Below, in pieces: positions 30,405-38,948 of a stretch of 64,000 bases of DNA. Under the pieces are notes generated by a model that saw only the letters and a program-made list of their open reading frames with translations, made no database searches and was not told the origin of the DNA. Source of the DNA: an uncultured Acidimicrobiia bacterium (GTDB lineage Bacteria > Actinomycetota > Acidimicrobiia > Spongiisociales > ZC4RG35). The translations under genes were made by a program, and so were the position numbers. The DNA lies in assembly GCA_963761985.1 (NCBI GenBank), contig CAVXIT010000003.1, forward strand, positions 55,237 through 119,236. The letters are read 5' to 3'. The stretch's first letter is position 1. Each line of letters opens with the position of its first letter.

Positions 30405-32348
30405 CTATCCGGCTGCCGTCGTGGGGACCGTATCGCCGGGAATGGTGGTTGGTGGCGCGAGAGTTGTCGTCGGGGGGCACGACACTCCGGAGTCCTGGAT
30501 TTGGCAGGGATGGACCAGGATGATCTGTTGGCGTGGCGAGTAGACCACTGTCCATTGTTGCTCTGTGGTCTCGTCTCCAACCGTGATGAACCGGGTCACG
30601 TCGACCTTGTATCCCTGGGCGGGGGACTGGTCTTCGTCCTGATCCGGCGGAACAATTGCCGGATCTCCGATGTATCGGGGCGGTGGAGGCTCCCGGAAGT
30701 CATAGCGGTCAGAGACTTCCGCCCGCACATGACGTGCATTCGGCCCTCCTTCGGCGGTTGGAGAAACTCGCAGCGCCCCACCGCTCTGTTCGCCGACGAG
30801 GATGCGGCCATCGTTGTCGCTGTAAAAGACGACGGTGATAGAGGTGTTGGAGGCGAAGGTCCTGATGAGGATCGCGCTGTCGGTGTTGTTGCGAAAGCGG
30901 ACGTCGGGCAGCGGCCATGAGATCGTCGCCTCGATTCCCAGCGGATAGCGGCTGAAGTAGAAGCTGTGCGGCTTGTGGGCAATGTCTTCATAGCCACCCC
31001 AGAAAACTGCGTTATAGAAGGTGGTGGCGAACTGACTGACCCCGCCGCCGATCTCCTTCTCGAGCCGGCCCGCAACGATGGCACCGTCTTCCAGGTAACC
31101 CTTCTCGACGGTCCGCTCGCCGACGTGGTCGTTGACCGAGAAGGTCGCACCCGCAGGAACAATGACGCCGTCGATCGCAGCAGCGATCAACCCGATGTTC
31201 GTCACGCGGTTCTGACAGCAATCGTGGTACGTGGTGAATTGACTGACCTTGTGATTGATGTTGAGCGCCTCGAGCTCTTCGGTGGTGACTTCGGGTTCCA
31301 CCGACTCATCGATGGGGAGCAGACCTGAACGCGCCGCTGACCGAGCCGCCACCAGTGCGTTCTCGGCCGTGGTTTCCGGATTGAGATCAGTTCCTTTCCG
31401 GCCAGGTATCACCTGCGCAAAGTCGCCTTCGACCACGAGCTCGGCGTTGACCGGTTCTTCTTCGAGGTCAGCGCGTAATGGCTCGAGATATTCGGAGAAC
31501 GCCTCGGGGTCAAAGCGGAACTCGATCGTGTTTTCTCCAACGACCGGTTCTAAGGCTGCCGCCAGTTGCTCGACGGAAAAGGTGACTTCCTTATCGCGGT
31601 CGGGATTGCGCAAAGTGATCGGCCCCGCCAGCAGCAACTCACCGGTTCGAACTCCGGCTTCGATATCGGCGATGGTAAGGGTCGGCAGCTGATCGATCAC
31701 TGGGAGATCAGTGGGAGAGCGAAGGCTGGTCGACGATTGCGCCAGAACGATGTTGGGGGCCTGGTTGCGATCGATTTGGCGACCCGAGCGGGGGGGTTCC
31801 CCGAGGACCTGGGTGCCTTCGATCGTGATTGCACCAGCGAAGGGTGGGCTACCGATCGCCTCGACGTCCCAGTTACTCAGGACCTCTTCGAGCGCGGCCG
31901 GGTCGATTCGCGCCTGGACCGGGATCTCGGTCGATCCAAAGAGATGGCTGATCCACCAAGCGAATTCTCCCAAGGGATTACCGCTCCGGCCTATCAACAT
32001 GGCTGCCTGAACCATGGCCCGCTCGTTGATGTCGAAGCCAACACTCAAAGGTTCGAGCTGGAGTTCCGTACCTTCCACCCGAAAAGTGGCGGGGCTCGAC
32101 CCGAGGTCGGACTCCAGTTCGGCGAGCGCGGATTCGGCTTCGGCAGGTGCCAACCCGCCGAGTTGAGCCCGATCAGCAGTGACCGTCCCGAGGATCTGGC
32201 CCGCTGAGGCGGCCCGTGAGATGGCGTACACGACCAACACCAGAGCCACCAAGCCCAAAACGACGAGACCCCAGCGATTCCGGATGAACACGTTCGGGCT
32301 CGAGGTTGGGGTCTTTTCGGTAGTGGGCGCGGTCAATTCGGAAGTCAT
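30405..32348 (-). CDS. VanW/YoaR-family protein with N-terminal membrane anchor
   Basis: 647 aa. VanW core 'GVIVPAGATFSVNDHVGERTVEKGYLEDGAI...GGGVSQFATTFYNAVFWGGYE...HSFYFSRYPLGIEATI'. Confidence 0.8.
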   Translation of the reverse strand: MTSELTAPTTEKTPTSSPNVFIRNRWGLVVLGLVALVLVVYAISRAASAGQILGTVTADRAQLGGLAPAEAESALAELESDLGSSPATFRVEGTELQLEPLSVGFDINERAMVQAAMLIGRSGNPLGEFAWWISHLFGSTEIPVQARIDPAALEEVLSNWDVEAIGSPPFAGAITIEGTQVLGEPPRSGRQIDRNQAPNIVLAQSSTSLRSPTDLPVIDQLPTLTIADIEAGVRTGELLLAGPITLRNPDRDKEVTFSVEQLAAALEPVVGENTIEFRFDPEAFSEYLEPLRADLEEEPVNAELVVEGDFAQVIPGRKGTDLNPETTAENALVAARSAARSGLLPIDESVEPEVTTEELEALNINHKVSQFTTYHDCCQNRVTNIGLIAAAIDGVIVPAGATFSVNDHVGERTVEKGYLEDGAIVAGRLEKEIGGGVSQFATTFYNAVFWGGYEDIAHKPHSFYFSRYPLGIEATISWPLPDVRFRNNTDSAILIRTFASNTSITVVFYSDNDGRILVGEQSGGALRVSPTAEGGPNARHVRAEVSDRYDFREPPPPRYIGDPAIVPPDQDEDQSPAQGYKVDVTRFITVGDETTEQQWTVVYSPRQQIILVHPCQIQDSGVSCPPTTTLAPPTTIPGDTVPTTAAG

Positions 32349-32360
32349 AGTGGATTCCCC

Positions 32361-32459
32361 CCAAACTCAATTATTTGGGCTCAATTATTTGGACTCCAAA
32401 TGATCGGGGCAGGCAAGTCTAGAAGCGCCCAAACCGATCAAATTTGGGCTGATCAAATT
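32361..32459. promoter_or_regulatory. AT-rich divergent intergenic region with direct and inverted CCAAA/TTTGG repeats
   Basis: 'CTCAATTATTTGG' occurs twice (32366..32378, 32380..32392). 'GCCCAAAccgatcaaaTTTGGGC' is a palindrome (32427..32449). 'GATCAAATT' occurs twice (32435, 32451). Confidence 0.35.
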
Positions 32460-32521
32460 AGGCAGCCCTGGCGGTTCGAAGAGGACTAGAACTGTCGGCG
32501 GGTCAACGTACGATTTGACTC

Positions 32522-33307
32522 GTGATCGCCTTTCCGACGATGCGGGCTGGTCCTGCGCTCAAAGTCTCAGCCACGACTTACGTTGCGTTCTCGCGGTGCC
32601 CTGCTCAGGCTCAGGCTCGCTTCGATGAGAAGGCTTATCCGAACGAATCGAGGGATTCGTTCCGCGGCGCTCTGGTACATCGTTTGATCGCCCGGCACAT
32701 GCGCTCTGGGCCCATCGAGGATGTCGAGCAGGCGGCCCGCATGGAGATCGGAGCCGCACTCAACGGAAAGATGGTGGGCCTTGGTGTCAATCGCCCTTCG
32801 CTGCTCGATCCGATCATCGCCGAAGCATCCGACCTCTATCGGAGGTTTTGCCTGTATCCGATGGATGGCTTCGAAGACGCCGAGTTCGCAGTGGATCATG
32901 AGCTCGAGGGCGCGGTGACGCTGGTTGGCAAGATCGACGGGGTCTTCACCGAAGGTCGAACAAAGGTGCTGCGCGATTGGAAGACCGGTGTGTTGGGTCA
33001 GCCCTTCGACCAACTCCTCTTCTACGCACTGCTCTGGCTGCTCGCCCGGGGTGAGTTGGCTCGTGTCGAGGCGATCTCGTTGCAAACGGGGGAGCGAGAC
33101 ATCCTGGAACCGACAGCGGCAGATTTGCAGGCAGTGGCTAACCGCCTGGGCTTGCTGGTGAACGAGATTCGATCGGTTTGGGTAGGGGAGACAACTTCAC
33201 AGAAAGTTGCCGGGCCCTGGTGTCAGTATTGCCCGATTCTCGCGGGCTGCGCAGAAGGGCAAGCAACTTCGACGATGTTGGCGGCGGGGTACCGTGCTCG
33301 ACAGTGA
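32522..33307 (+). CDS. Cas4/AddB-type PD-(D/E)XK nuclease with 4-Cys Fe-S cluster signature
   Basis: N-terminal Cys 'AFSRCPAQ'. Nuclease core 'GKIDGVF...KVLRDWKTG'. 'DQLLFYALLW' is the QxxxY motif. C-terminal 'WCQYCPILAGC' gives CX2CX5C. Confidence 0.7.
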   Translation: MIAFPTMRAGPALKVSATTYVAFSRCPAQAQARFDEKAYPNESRDSFRGALVHRLIARHMRSGPIEDVEQAARMEIGAALNGKMVGLGVNRPSLLDPIIAEASDLYRRFCLYPMDGFEDAEFAVDHELEGAVTLVGKIDGVFTEGRTKVLRDWKTGVLGQPFDQLLFYALLWLLARGELARVEAISLQTGERDILEPTAADLQAVANRLGLLVNEIRSVWVGETTSQKVAGPWCQYCPILAGCAEGQATSTMLAAGYRARQ

Positions 33308-34362
33308 GCCGGCGGCGATCACGTCTACATAGCGCACTCTCCCGGTTGGCAGGTGAGCTGGACTTTCTTGGCTCGTTCACCGCACAATCCGCGCACCTCG
33401 AAGAGCTGCGGACAGAGGCACTGGGGACGATTCGCGATTACCTGTTGCCCCGTCTTGCACTGGCCAACCCGCCCATGCTGATTGCCTTGATCGGATCCAC
33501 CGGAGCAGGGAAATCGACCTTGCTCAACTCATTGGCAGGTCAAGTGATCTCCCCGGCCGGAGCTTTGCGGCCCACCACCAAGGCGTCCCGCTATTGGACC
33601 TCCAGCGAGCATGTCGCTTGGTTAGCGCCCGAAAGCAGCCACATCGAGATTGGGACCCATCCCTTGCTCGAGAGAATTGTGCTGATCGACACCCCTGATC
33701 TCGACTCGGATCTCATCGAACATCGCAAGGAAGCGCTGGCCGTCGCCGACCAGGCTGATGTGATTCTCTTCGTCACTACTGCCACCCGCTACGGCGACGC
33801 GGTCGTCTGGGAGACGCTGACCAGGCTCGCCGCCGATCGTCGCGTCGTTGTGGTTCTCAATCGCACCCCCAGCCGGGCCACCGGGGCTCGGAACGATCTC
33901 CAGGCGAGGTTGCGCCGGGCCGGGCTGGATGACGTTGCGCTTTTCACGATCAGCGAGCAAAGAATTGCCTCCGGGCGCAACCGGCTTTCACCCCAGGCCG
34001 TTCAGCGGGTGGCGGCATACCTGCGCTCAGTCCCGCGCACTTTGTCCAGGGTGGAGGTGATGGCCGACCGAACTGCTGCGGTCCTGGGCGATCTCCTGGA
34101 GGGAATCTCCGAGAGCAATCGACGGGAGGAGCAAAAGCAGGCAGCGATCGATGAAGAAAGGAGCCGCATCGAGGAGGAGGTTCAAAAGCATTCGCGCCGC
34201 CGGTGGCGGCGCAGTCGATCGCTCCCATCCGAAGTTCTGGCAGCGTTCCGGCGACTCGACGGGTTGCGGGCAACGATTGAACCGCCGGTTCCCCTCGACG
34301 CTTTGCGCGCCGGTCGCGAGGTCCTGACGGACGCGGACTTTGAGGGAATCTGGGGTGAGTGA
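33304..34362 (+). CDS. P-loop GTPase-like protein 1 (dynamin/YfjP-like small form, deviant G3/G4)
   Basis: GTGA overlap with the nuclease stop. G1 'GSTGAGKSTLLNSL', G2 'RPTTK', G3 'IDTPDLDS' (DxxG Gly replaced by Asp), G4 position 'LNRTPS'. Confidence 0.65.
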   Translation: MSRRRSRLHSALSRLAGELDFLGSFTAQSAHLEELRTEALGTIRDYLLPRLALANPPMLIALIGSTGAGKSTLLNSLAGQVISPAGALRPTTKASRYWTSSEHVAWLAPESSHIEIGTHPLLERIVLIDTPDLDSDLIEHRKEALAVADQADVILFVTTATRYGDAVVWETLTRLAADRRVVVVLNRTPSRATGARNDLQARLRRAGLDDVALFTISEQRIASGRNRLSPQAVQRVAAYLRSVPRTLSRVEVMADRTAAVLGDLLEGISESNRREEQKQAAIDEERSRIEEEVQKHSRRRWRRSRSLPSEVLAAFRRLDGLRATIEPPVPLDALRAGREVLTDADFEGIWGE

Positions 34363-35455
34363 TCAAATTCGGTTGCTCGACCTGCTCGATCGGCTGGCGG
34401 CCAACGCACGCCTGCATCTCCCTCCGTCAGCGCTTGAGACTGTCGAGCATGCCGCGCGCCGGATGCGGAGACGCCGGCACTTCAGCGGATTCACCAGCCT
34501 GGTGGGAATCGCCGGGGGCACAGGATCCGGCAAGTCGAGCCTTTTCAACGCGATGTCCGAAACCGAACTGGCCGAACCAGGTGCTCAGCGGCCAACCACC
34601 TCTACCCCCCTGGTCTTGGTTCCCGACGTGCACGATTCCCGGCTGACAAACCTGTGGGTAGAGCTCGGCATCTCCGAGGTCGAGGTCAGCGAGGGCGACC
34701 TGGGATTTGTCCTCATCGACCTTCCCGACATCGATTCGCTCGATCCGTCTCATCGCCAGGAGGTCGAACTACTCCTGTTGGACCTCGACGTCGTCATGTG
34801 GGTGACCGATCCGGAGAAGTATCGCGACCGGGTTTTGCACGATCAGTTCCTTCGCCCGCTTCGCAGCCACGCCGGAAGGTTTGTTTTCGTGCTCAACCAG
34901 ATCGATCGCTTGAGCGACTCCGAGTTGGAGGAAGTGCGAAATGATTTGGTCTGGTCGCTCCGTCAGGACGGTTTCGAGGATCCAGAGGTTTGGACAGTTG
35001 CTGCCGACCCTCCTCTCGGCCCACCCGAAGGGATCGAAGAACTGACGGAGGCGATCCGCGTTGCGGCCATGGCCCAGGCTCCCAAGACTCAGGATGGATC
35101 GGAGGGCCGGGCGCGAGTTGAGATCGCCCGGATACTCCAAGTCATCGAACCCCACATCGCCCCGCTCGATTTCAACTCGCGCTGGGAATCTCTGCTCAGC
35201 CAGGTCTCTGCATCGTGGCCGCAGAGCAGCGGAGAGCTCAGCGAGTTCGTCGATCAACTTCGAGTTGAAGCGCACGAGTTGAGCTCCGTCGACACACTGA
35301 CGTTGCTCGACGACGTGCCTACTGCTGGAGCCGAAGCTATCTCCCGTCATCTCGATCGAACAATCGGTGCGGCTTTGCGAGCAGCGTTGCGACCTCGCGC
35401 CATGAGTCGCGCCATTGCCGCCGAGCTTCAACTAGCCCTGGCCGAAGGCATCTAG
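34355..35455 (+). CDS. P-loop GTPase-like protein 2 (paralogous architecture)
   Basis: Overlaps the stop of GTPase 1 (alternative TTG start at 34340). G1 'GGTGSGKSSLFNAM', G2 'RPTTS', G3 'IDLPDIDS', G4 'LNQIDRL'. Confidence 0.65.
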   Translation: MSDQIRLLDLLDRLAANARLHLPPSALETVEHAARRMRRRRHFSGFTSLVGIAGGTGSGKSSLFNAMSETELAEPGAQRPTTSTPLVLVPDVHDSRLTNLWVELGISEVEVSEGDLGFVLIDLPDIDSLDPSHRQEVELLLLDLDVVMWVTDPEKYRDRVLHDQFLRPLRSHAGRFVFVLNQIDRLSDSELEEVRNDLVWSLRQDGFEDPEVWTVAADPPLGPPEGIEELTEAIRVAAMAQAPKTQDGSEGRARVEIARILQVIEPHIAPLDFNSRWESLLSQVSASWPQSSGELSEFVDQLRVEAHELSSVDTLTLLDDVPTAGAEAISRHLDRTIGAALRAALRPRAMSRAIAAELQLALAEGI

Positions 35456-35477
35456 TTTGCCCAGTTAGCCTCGCGCG

Positions 35478-35996
35478 GTGCAGCAGTGGCTCGATGAGAT
35501 CGTCGCCAGCGCCTTTGTCGCGGGGATGTTCGTGATTGGCTATCTCCTCATCGCCCGGCTCGGCTTGAGATATGTCCAGCGGCAGGGTCAAAGCGAAAGT
35601 CGGGCCGCAACTCTGTGGGCGATGTTGCGGCGTGCGCTCCTGTTAGCGATTCTCGTCACCGCACTTCTCACCATCCTGTCTGGAGTTTGGCGCCTGCCGA
35701 TCACCCCGTTCCTGGCGGTGGCTTCGGCTCTCGGGGTGGCACTGGGGTTTGGCGCCCAAAAGCTGGTGCAGGATGTGATCGCCGGGTTCTTCATCCTCCT
35801 CGAAGATCAATTCCGGATTGGAAACCTGGTCTCAATCGCCGGAGTGACGGGCGAGGTGGCCGATATCAGGCTGAGAATCACGGTTCTCAAAGCTGACGAC
35901 GGCACCACCCACTATGTCCCCAACGGAGAAGTCAAGGTGGCGACCAACCTGACTAAGTCCCGAGCGGCACCACCAGCTGGATCGCCTCAGCCGTAG
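35478..35996 (+). CDS. MscS-family mechanosensitive channel, short form (C-terminal alpha/beta domain missing)
   Basis: 'GVALGFGAQKLVQDVIAGFFILLEDQFRIGNLVSIAGVTGEVADIRLRITVLKADDGTTHYVPNG'. It has only 172 aa, and its 3' end overlaps the convergent lipid kinase gene by 44 nt. Confidence 0.6.
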   Translation: MQQWLDEIVASAFVAGMFVIGYLLIARLGLRYVQRQGQSESRAATLWAMLRRALLLAILVTALLTILSGVWRLPITPFLAVASALGVALGFGAQKLVQDVIAGFFILLEDQFRIGNLVSIAGVTGEVADIRLRITVLKADDGTTHYVPNGEVKVATNLTKSRAAPPAGSPQP

Positions 35997-36879
35997 AGAC
36001 GGCAGTCGCCTCTTTCCAGCTGCCCGTCAACTCGCCGTCGGCCTGTCCTTCCACGGGGGGATCGGCCTCGATGGTGAAGGACTCGACGTTCTCCCAGACC
36101 GTGAGGCCCGGAACCGAATTGAGGTTCCGTCGAGCGAGGACGGCCGCGGCAATGCGCGGTAATCGTCGGCCGGGAAGACCCTCGGCGATCAGGAGGGTCA
36201 TTGGAGCGGGTTCCAGTTTGGAAAGAGTCAGCGGGAGCCGACCGAAGTAGGTGTAAACCGGATGAAACTGCACCAGCACGGCGACGGCATCCGCAGTCCG
36301 TTCTGACGTAGCGATCCTGATGTTGGGCTGGCGATCACGGAAACCGCGGAGGAGGGTGGTGATTGCATTTCGGGCATAGTGCAGACCGCCAAACCAGTAC
36401 TTGCGGTATGGCTCGCCTTCGGCAGCCTTGACGACTTCGGCATCGAAGCCGAAGCCTGCTGCGAACAGGGCGTGACGTCGCGCCGGACCGGAATCGTTCA
36501 CTCCGTCGAGAGTCAGCACCGGCACTCGCACACGTCGGTGCTCACCTTCGAGGAGTCGGGCGGCGGAGGTCGCCTTGTGCGGGATGTGGTAGAGGCGCGA
36601 CAAGACGTTGGTAGTGCCGGTGGGTATGACTGCGAGGGCGGTTTCGGTGCCAACAAGGGCTTGACCGACGTGGTGCGCGACTCCATCTCCGCCCATTGCA
36701 GCGACGACGTCGACTCCATCTTCAACGGCTTGCGAAGTCAGCTGGCGGGCGTGCAGCGCCGTTTGCGGCCACACGGCCTCGACCTCGAACTTGCGGGAAA
36801 GAATACGACCGACGGTGCGATGAATACCGCCGGTAAATTGGCTCGAGGCCGGATTCGCAATCAAGAGCAGACGTTGCAT
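35953..36879 (-). CDS. Diacylglycerol/lipid kinase family protein (YegS/DagK type)
   Basis: 'LLLIANPASS', 'VVAAMGGDGVAHHV', 'LAVIPTGTTNV'. Confidence 0.8.
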   Translation of the reverse strand: MQRLLLIANPASSQFTGGIHRTVGRILSRKFEVEAVWPQTALHARQLTSQAVEDGVDVVAAMGGDGVAHHVGQALVGTETALAVIPTGTTNVLSRLYHIPHKATSAARLLEGEHRRVRVPVLTLDGVNDSGPARRHALFAAGFGFDAEVVKAAEGEPYRKYWFGGLHYARNAITTLLRGFRDRQPNIRIATSERTADAVAVLVQFHPVYTYFGRLPLTLSKLEPAPMTLLIAEGLPGRRLPRIAAAVLARRNLNSVPGLTVWENVESFTIEADPPVEGQADGELTGSWKEATAVSTAEAIQLVVPLGT

Positions 36880-36918
36880 GGCTAGGGCGAAAAGGGTAAC
36901 GGACTAGGCTCTCGCCGG

Positions 36919-37908
36919 TTGTCCGACCCGATCGTTCCCCTGTTTTCGCTCGTCAATGGGGAAGGAGCAGGTGCGCTCCTGGCCGCCGCGGCGGGCGATG
37001 TTGCCGGTGGCGCGAGCCCGATCGGATACTCAGCCCTTATCCAGCAGGCGACGGTGGTCGCATATCACCTTCTAAATCGAAACGAGATCTCGGGCCCGGA
37101 TCTCGCGGCTGAGTGGGCGGAGCTCGGAGCCGATGGGTCCAATCCGTCGGTCTACCGGATGGCTAGCGAAGACTTCGATCAGTGGTTGGAGAACGTCAAC
37201 ACCTCGGCACAGATCAGAGTTCGCCGACCCGATTGCGAGCCAGCTGTTCGGGCTTTCCCAGCCGGCATCTGGTTTCGACGCGACCCTTCCCAGCTCGTCA
37301 CCGCGGCCCTCGAGATTTCGCGCCTGACTCACATGGATGCGACCACGGCAGTGGCGTCGGCCTCTCTGGCCGGGGCGGCGGCGGCCGCTGCGTTCGGTCA
37401 GGTCGGACGGGACTTCCTCGCCGCTGTGCGGGAGATCACTTCCGTCGCCGCCGCCCGAGTGGCGGGCGAGACCGAGGGATTCATCGATGCCGCGGCGGCA
37501 CCCGCCTTCGTCGCACAGGTGCGCGAGCTGACCTCCTTCAGCTCGACCTCCGAAAGCCAAATCTCGGAAACCTTGAATGGCGAAGCCGATCTGGGCCCGA
37601 CAGGCCCTGCCTGGGTAATCGCCGCGATCAAGCTCGCCGCCGATGGAAACCGAGATCCAGCCGAGCAGATTGGGCATGCGGCACACGTCGGGGGGAGCCT
37701 CCTCGGCGGGATGGTCGGAGCCCTCTTGGGGGCGCGGGCGGGCCTGCGAGCGTGGCCATGGAAAGTGCCGAATTCGACCTGGTTCGCCGAGCTCGGGGTG
37801 CGGCTGGTGAGTGGCAACCGGGAAACTCGCGACCTTCCAGTTCCGTACTACGTCGAGGAGACGCTGACCCACGGGATCGAGCGCGACCACCGGAGGCCTT
37901 TTGGATAG
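36919..37908 (+). CDS. ADP-ribosylglycohydrolase-like protein with degenerate metal-site motif
   Basis: The overall pattern is ARH-like. Where the 'GGDTDTxAAIAGALxGA' motif is expected, it reads 'HVGGSLLGGMVGALLGARAG', with no acidic residues. Confidence 0.5.
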   Translation: MSDPIVPLFSLVNGEGAGALLAAAAGDVAGGASPIGYSALIQQATVVAYHLLNRNEISGPDLAAEWAELGADGSNPSVYRMASEDFDQWLENVNTSAQIRVRRPDCEPAVRAFPAGIWFRRDPSQLVTAALEISRLTHMDATTAVASASLAGAAAAAAFGQVGRDFLAAVREITSVAAARVAGETEGFIDAAAAPAFVAQVRELTSFSSTSESQISETLNGEADLGPTGPAWVIAAIKLAADGNRDPAEQIGHAAHVGGSLLGGMVGALLGARAGLRAWPWKVPNSTWFAELGVRLVSGNRETRDLPVPYYVEETLTHGIERDHRRPFG

Positions 37909-37971
37909 TTGCTTAGGAGATGCAACCTTCTACTAGTTGTTTATATAGAACAACTATGGTAAAGTTGCAAC

Positions 37972-38610
37972 ATGAAGGCAACACAGCTAGCGAGTCGGGC
38001 AGCGGTCATCGGAGATCTGGTCAGCTCCCGCCGGGTGGGGGTTCGCCGGGAGATTCAGAAGCAAATGGAAGCTGCCCTGGAACGGGTCAATGTTCGCCTG
38101 CAGCCCGAGCAGCCTTTCCGTTTCACTATCGGCGACGAGTTTCAGGGCGTGTTGACCTCGATGCACGCGGCAATCGTGGCTTCGGTTTGGATCCGCCTGG
38201 AAACCGTCGACATCATCGGCGTGCGGATGGGAATCGGCTGGGGTGAGCTCGAGATCCTCGATGACAGTCGCAGCCCGATCCTCCAGGACGGGCCATGCTG
38301 GTGGAGGGCGCGCGACGCAATCAAAATGGTGACCGAATGGGAGAGCGCGAATCAGCGACCCAACTCCACTGCAACTTTGACGGTCACCGGGGATGAACAG
38401 GCCGGCCTCTTCAACGCGGGACTGATCTTGTCTGACCATCTCCTCAGCGGTTTCGATCAATTCGATGCGGTGATCGCGACGATGCTGCTCGACGGTCACA
38501 CCCAGGAGGACGCAGCCTCCGCGCTCGGGGTGAACAAGAGTTCAATTAGTCGGCGCATGCAGAGCCATGGCGTTGCCGCCCTCATCGACTCGCTGCGACT
38601 GTTCTCGTGA
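37972..38610 (+). CDS. SatD-family protein
   Basis: 'AAVIGDLVSSRR...FTIGDEFQGVL' with a C-terminal HTH-like 'QEDAASALGVNKSSISRRMQ'. Coupled to a DUF3307-like gene. Confidence 0.6.
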   Translation: MKATQLASRAAVIGDLVSSRRVGVRREIQKQMEAALERVNVRLQPEQPFRFTIGDEFQGVLTSMHAAIVASVWIRLETVDIIGVRMGIGWGELEILDDSRSPILQDGPCWWRARDAIKMVTEWESANQRPNSTATLTVTGDEQAGLFNAGLILSDHLLSGFDQFDAVIATMLLDGHTQEDAASALGVNKSSISRRMQSHGVAALIDSLRLFS

Positions 38611-38948
38611 ACGAGGCCTTGATCGTTCTGGGGGGCGCCCTGCTGTTGACGTTTCCAACCAACTACGCCGTTCGCTTCGTTCTGACCCGGGCACGGGGCG
38701 TGCGGATTCCTGCCGAGTTCGGAGCCGGGCGCTGGATCGGATCGATGGAAAGGCTTCTGATTTACATTCTCGTCTTGATGGGAGAACCCGGCGCAGCCGG
38801 TCTGGTTGTTGCTGCCAAGAGTCTCCTGCGCTTTCCCGAGATCACCGGACGCGACAGTCGGCTCTCCCCCGAGTACGTGCTGGTGGGGTCGCTCGCATCC
38901 TGGTTGGGCGCCTTCGCCATCGCTGCCGGTGCCAGCCTCTTGCTTTAG
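38607..38948 (+). CDS. DUF3307-family small membrane protein
   Basis: Overlaps the SatD stop. 'GRWIGSMERLLIYILVLMGEPGAAGLVVAAKSLLRFPEI'. Confidence 0.6.
   Translation: MNEALIVLGGALLLTFPTNYAVRFVLTRARGVRIPAEFGAGRWIGSMERLLIYILVLMGEPGAAGLVVAAKSLLRFPEITGRDSRLSPEYVLVGSLASWLGAFAIAAGASLLL

Noticed and set aside
32461-32500. tRNA-like 'GGTTCGAA' T-arm motif
   Set aside because: No acceptor, D or anticodon stems can be drawn around it. I found no convincing tRNA anywhere in the window.
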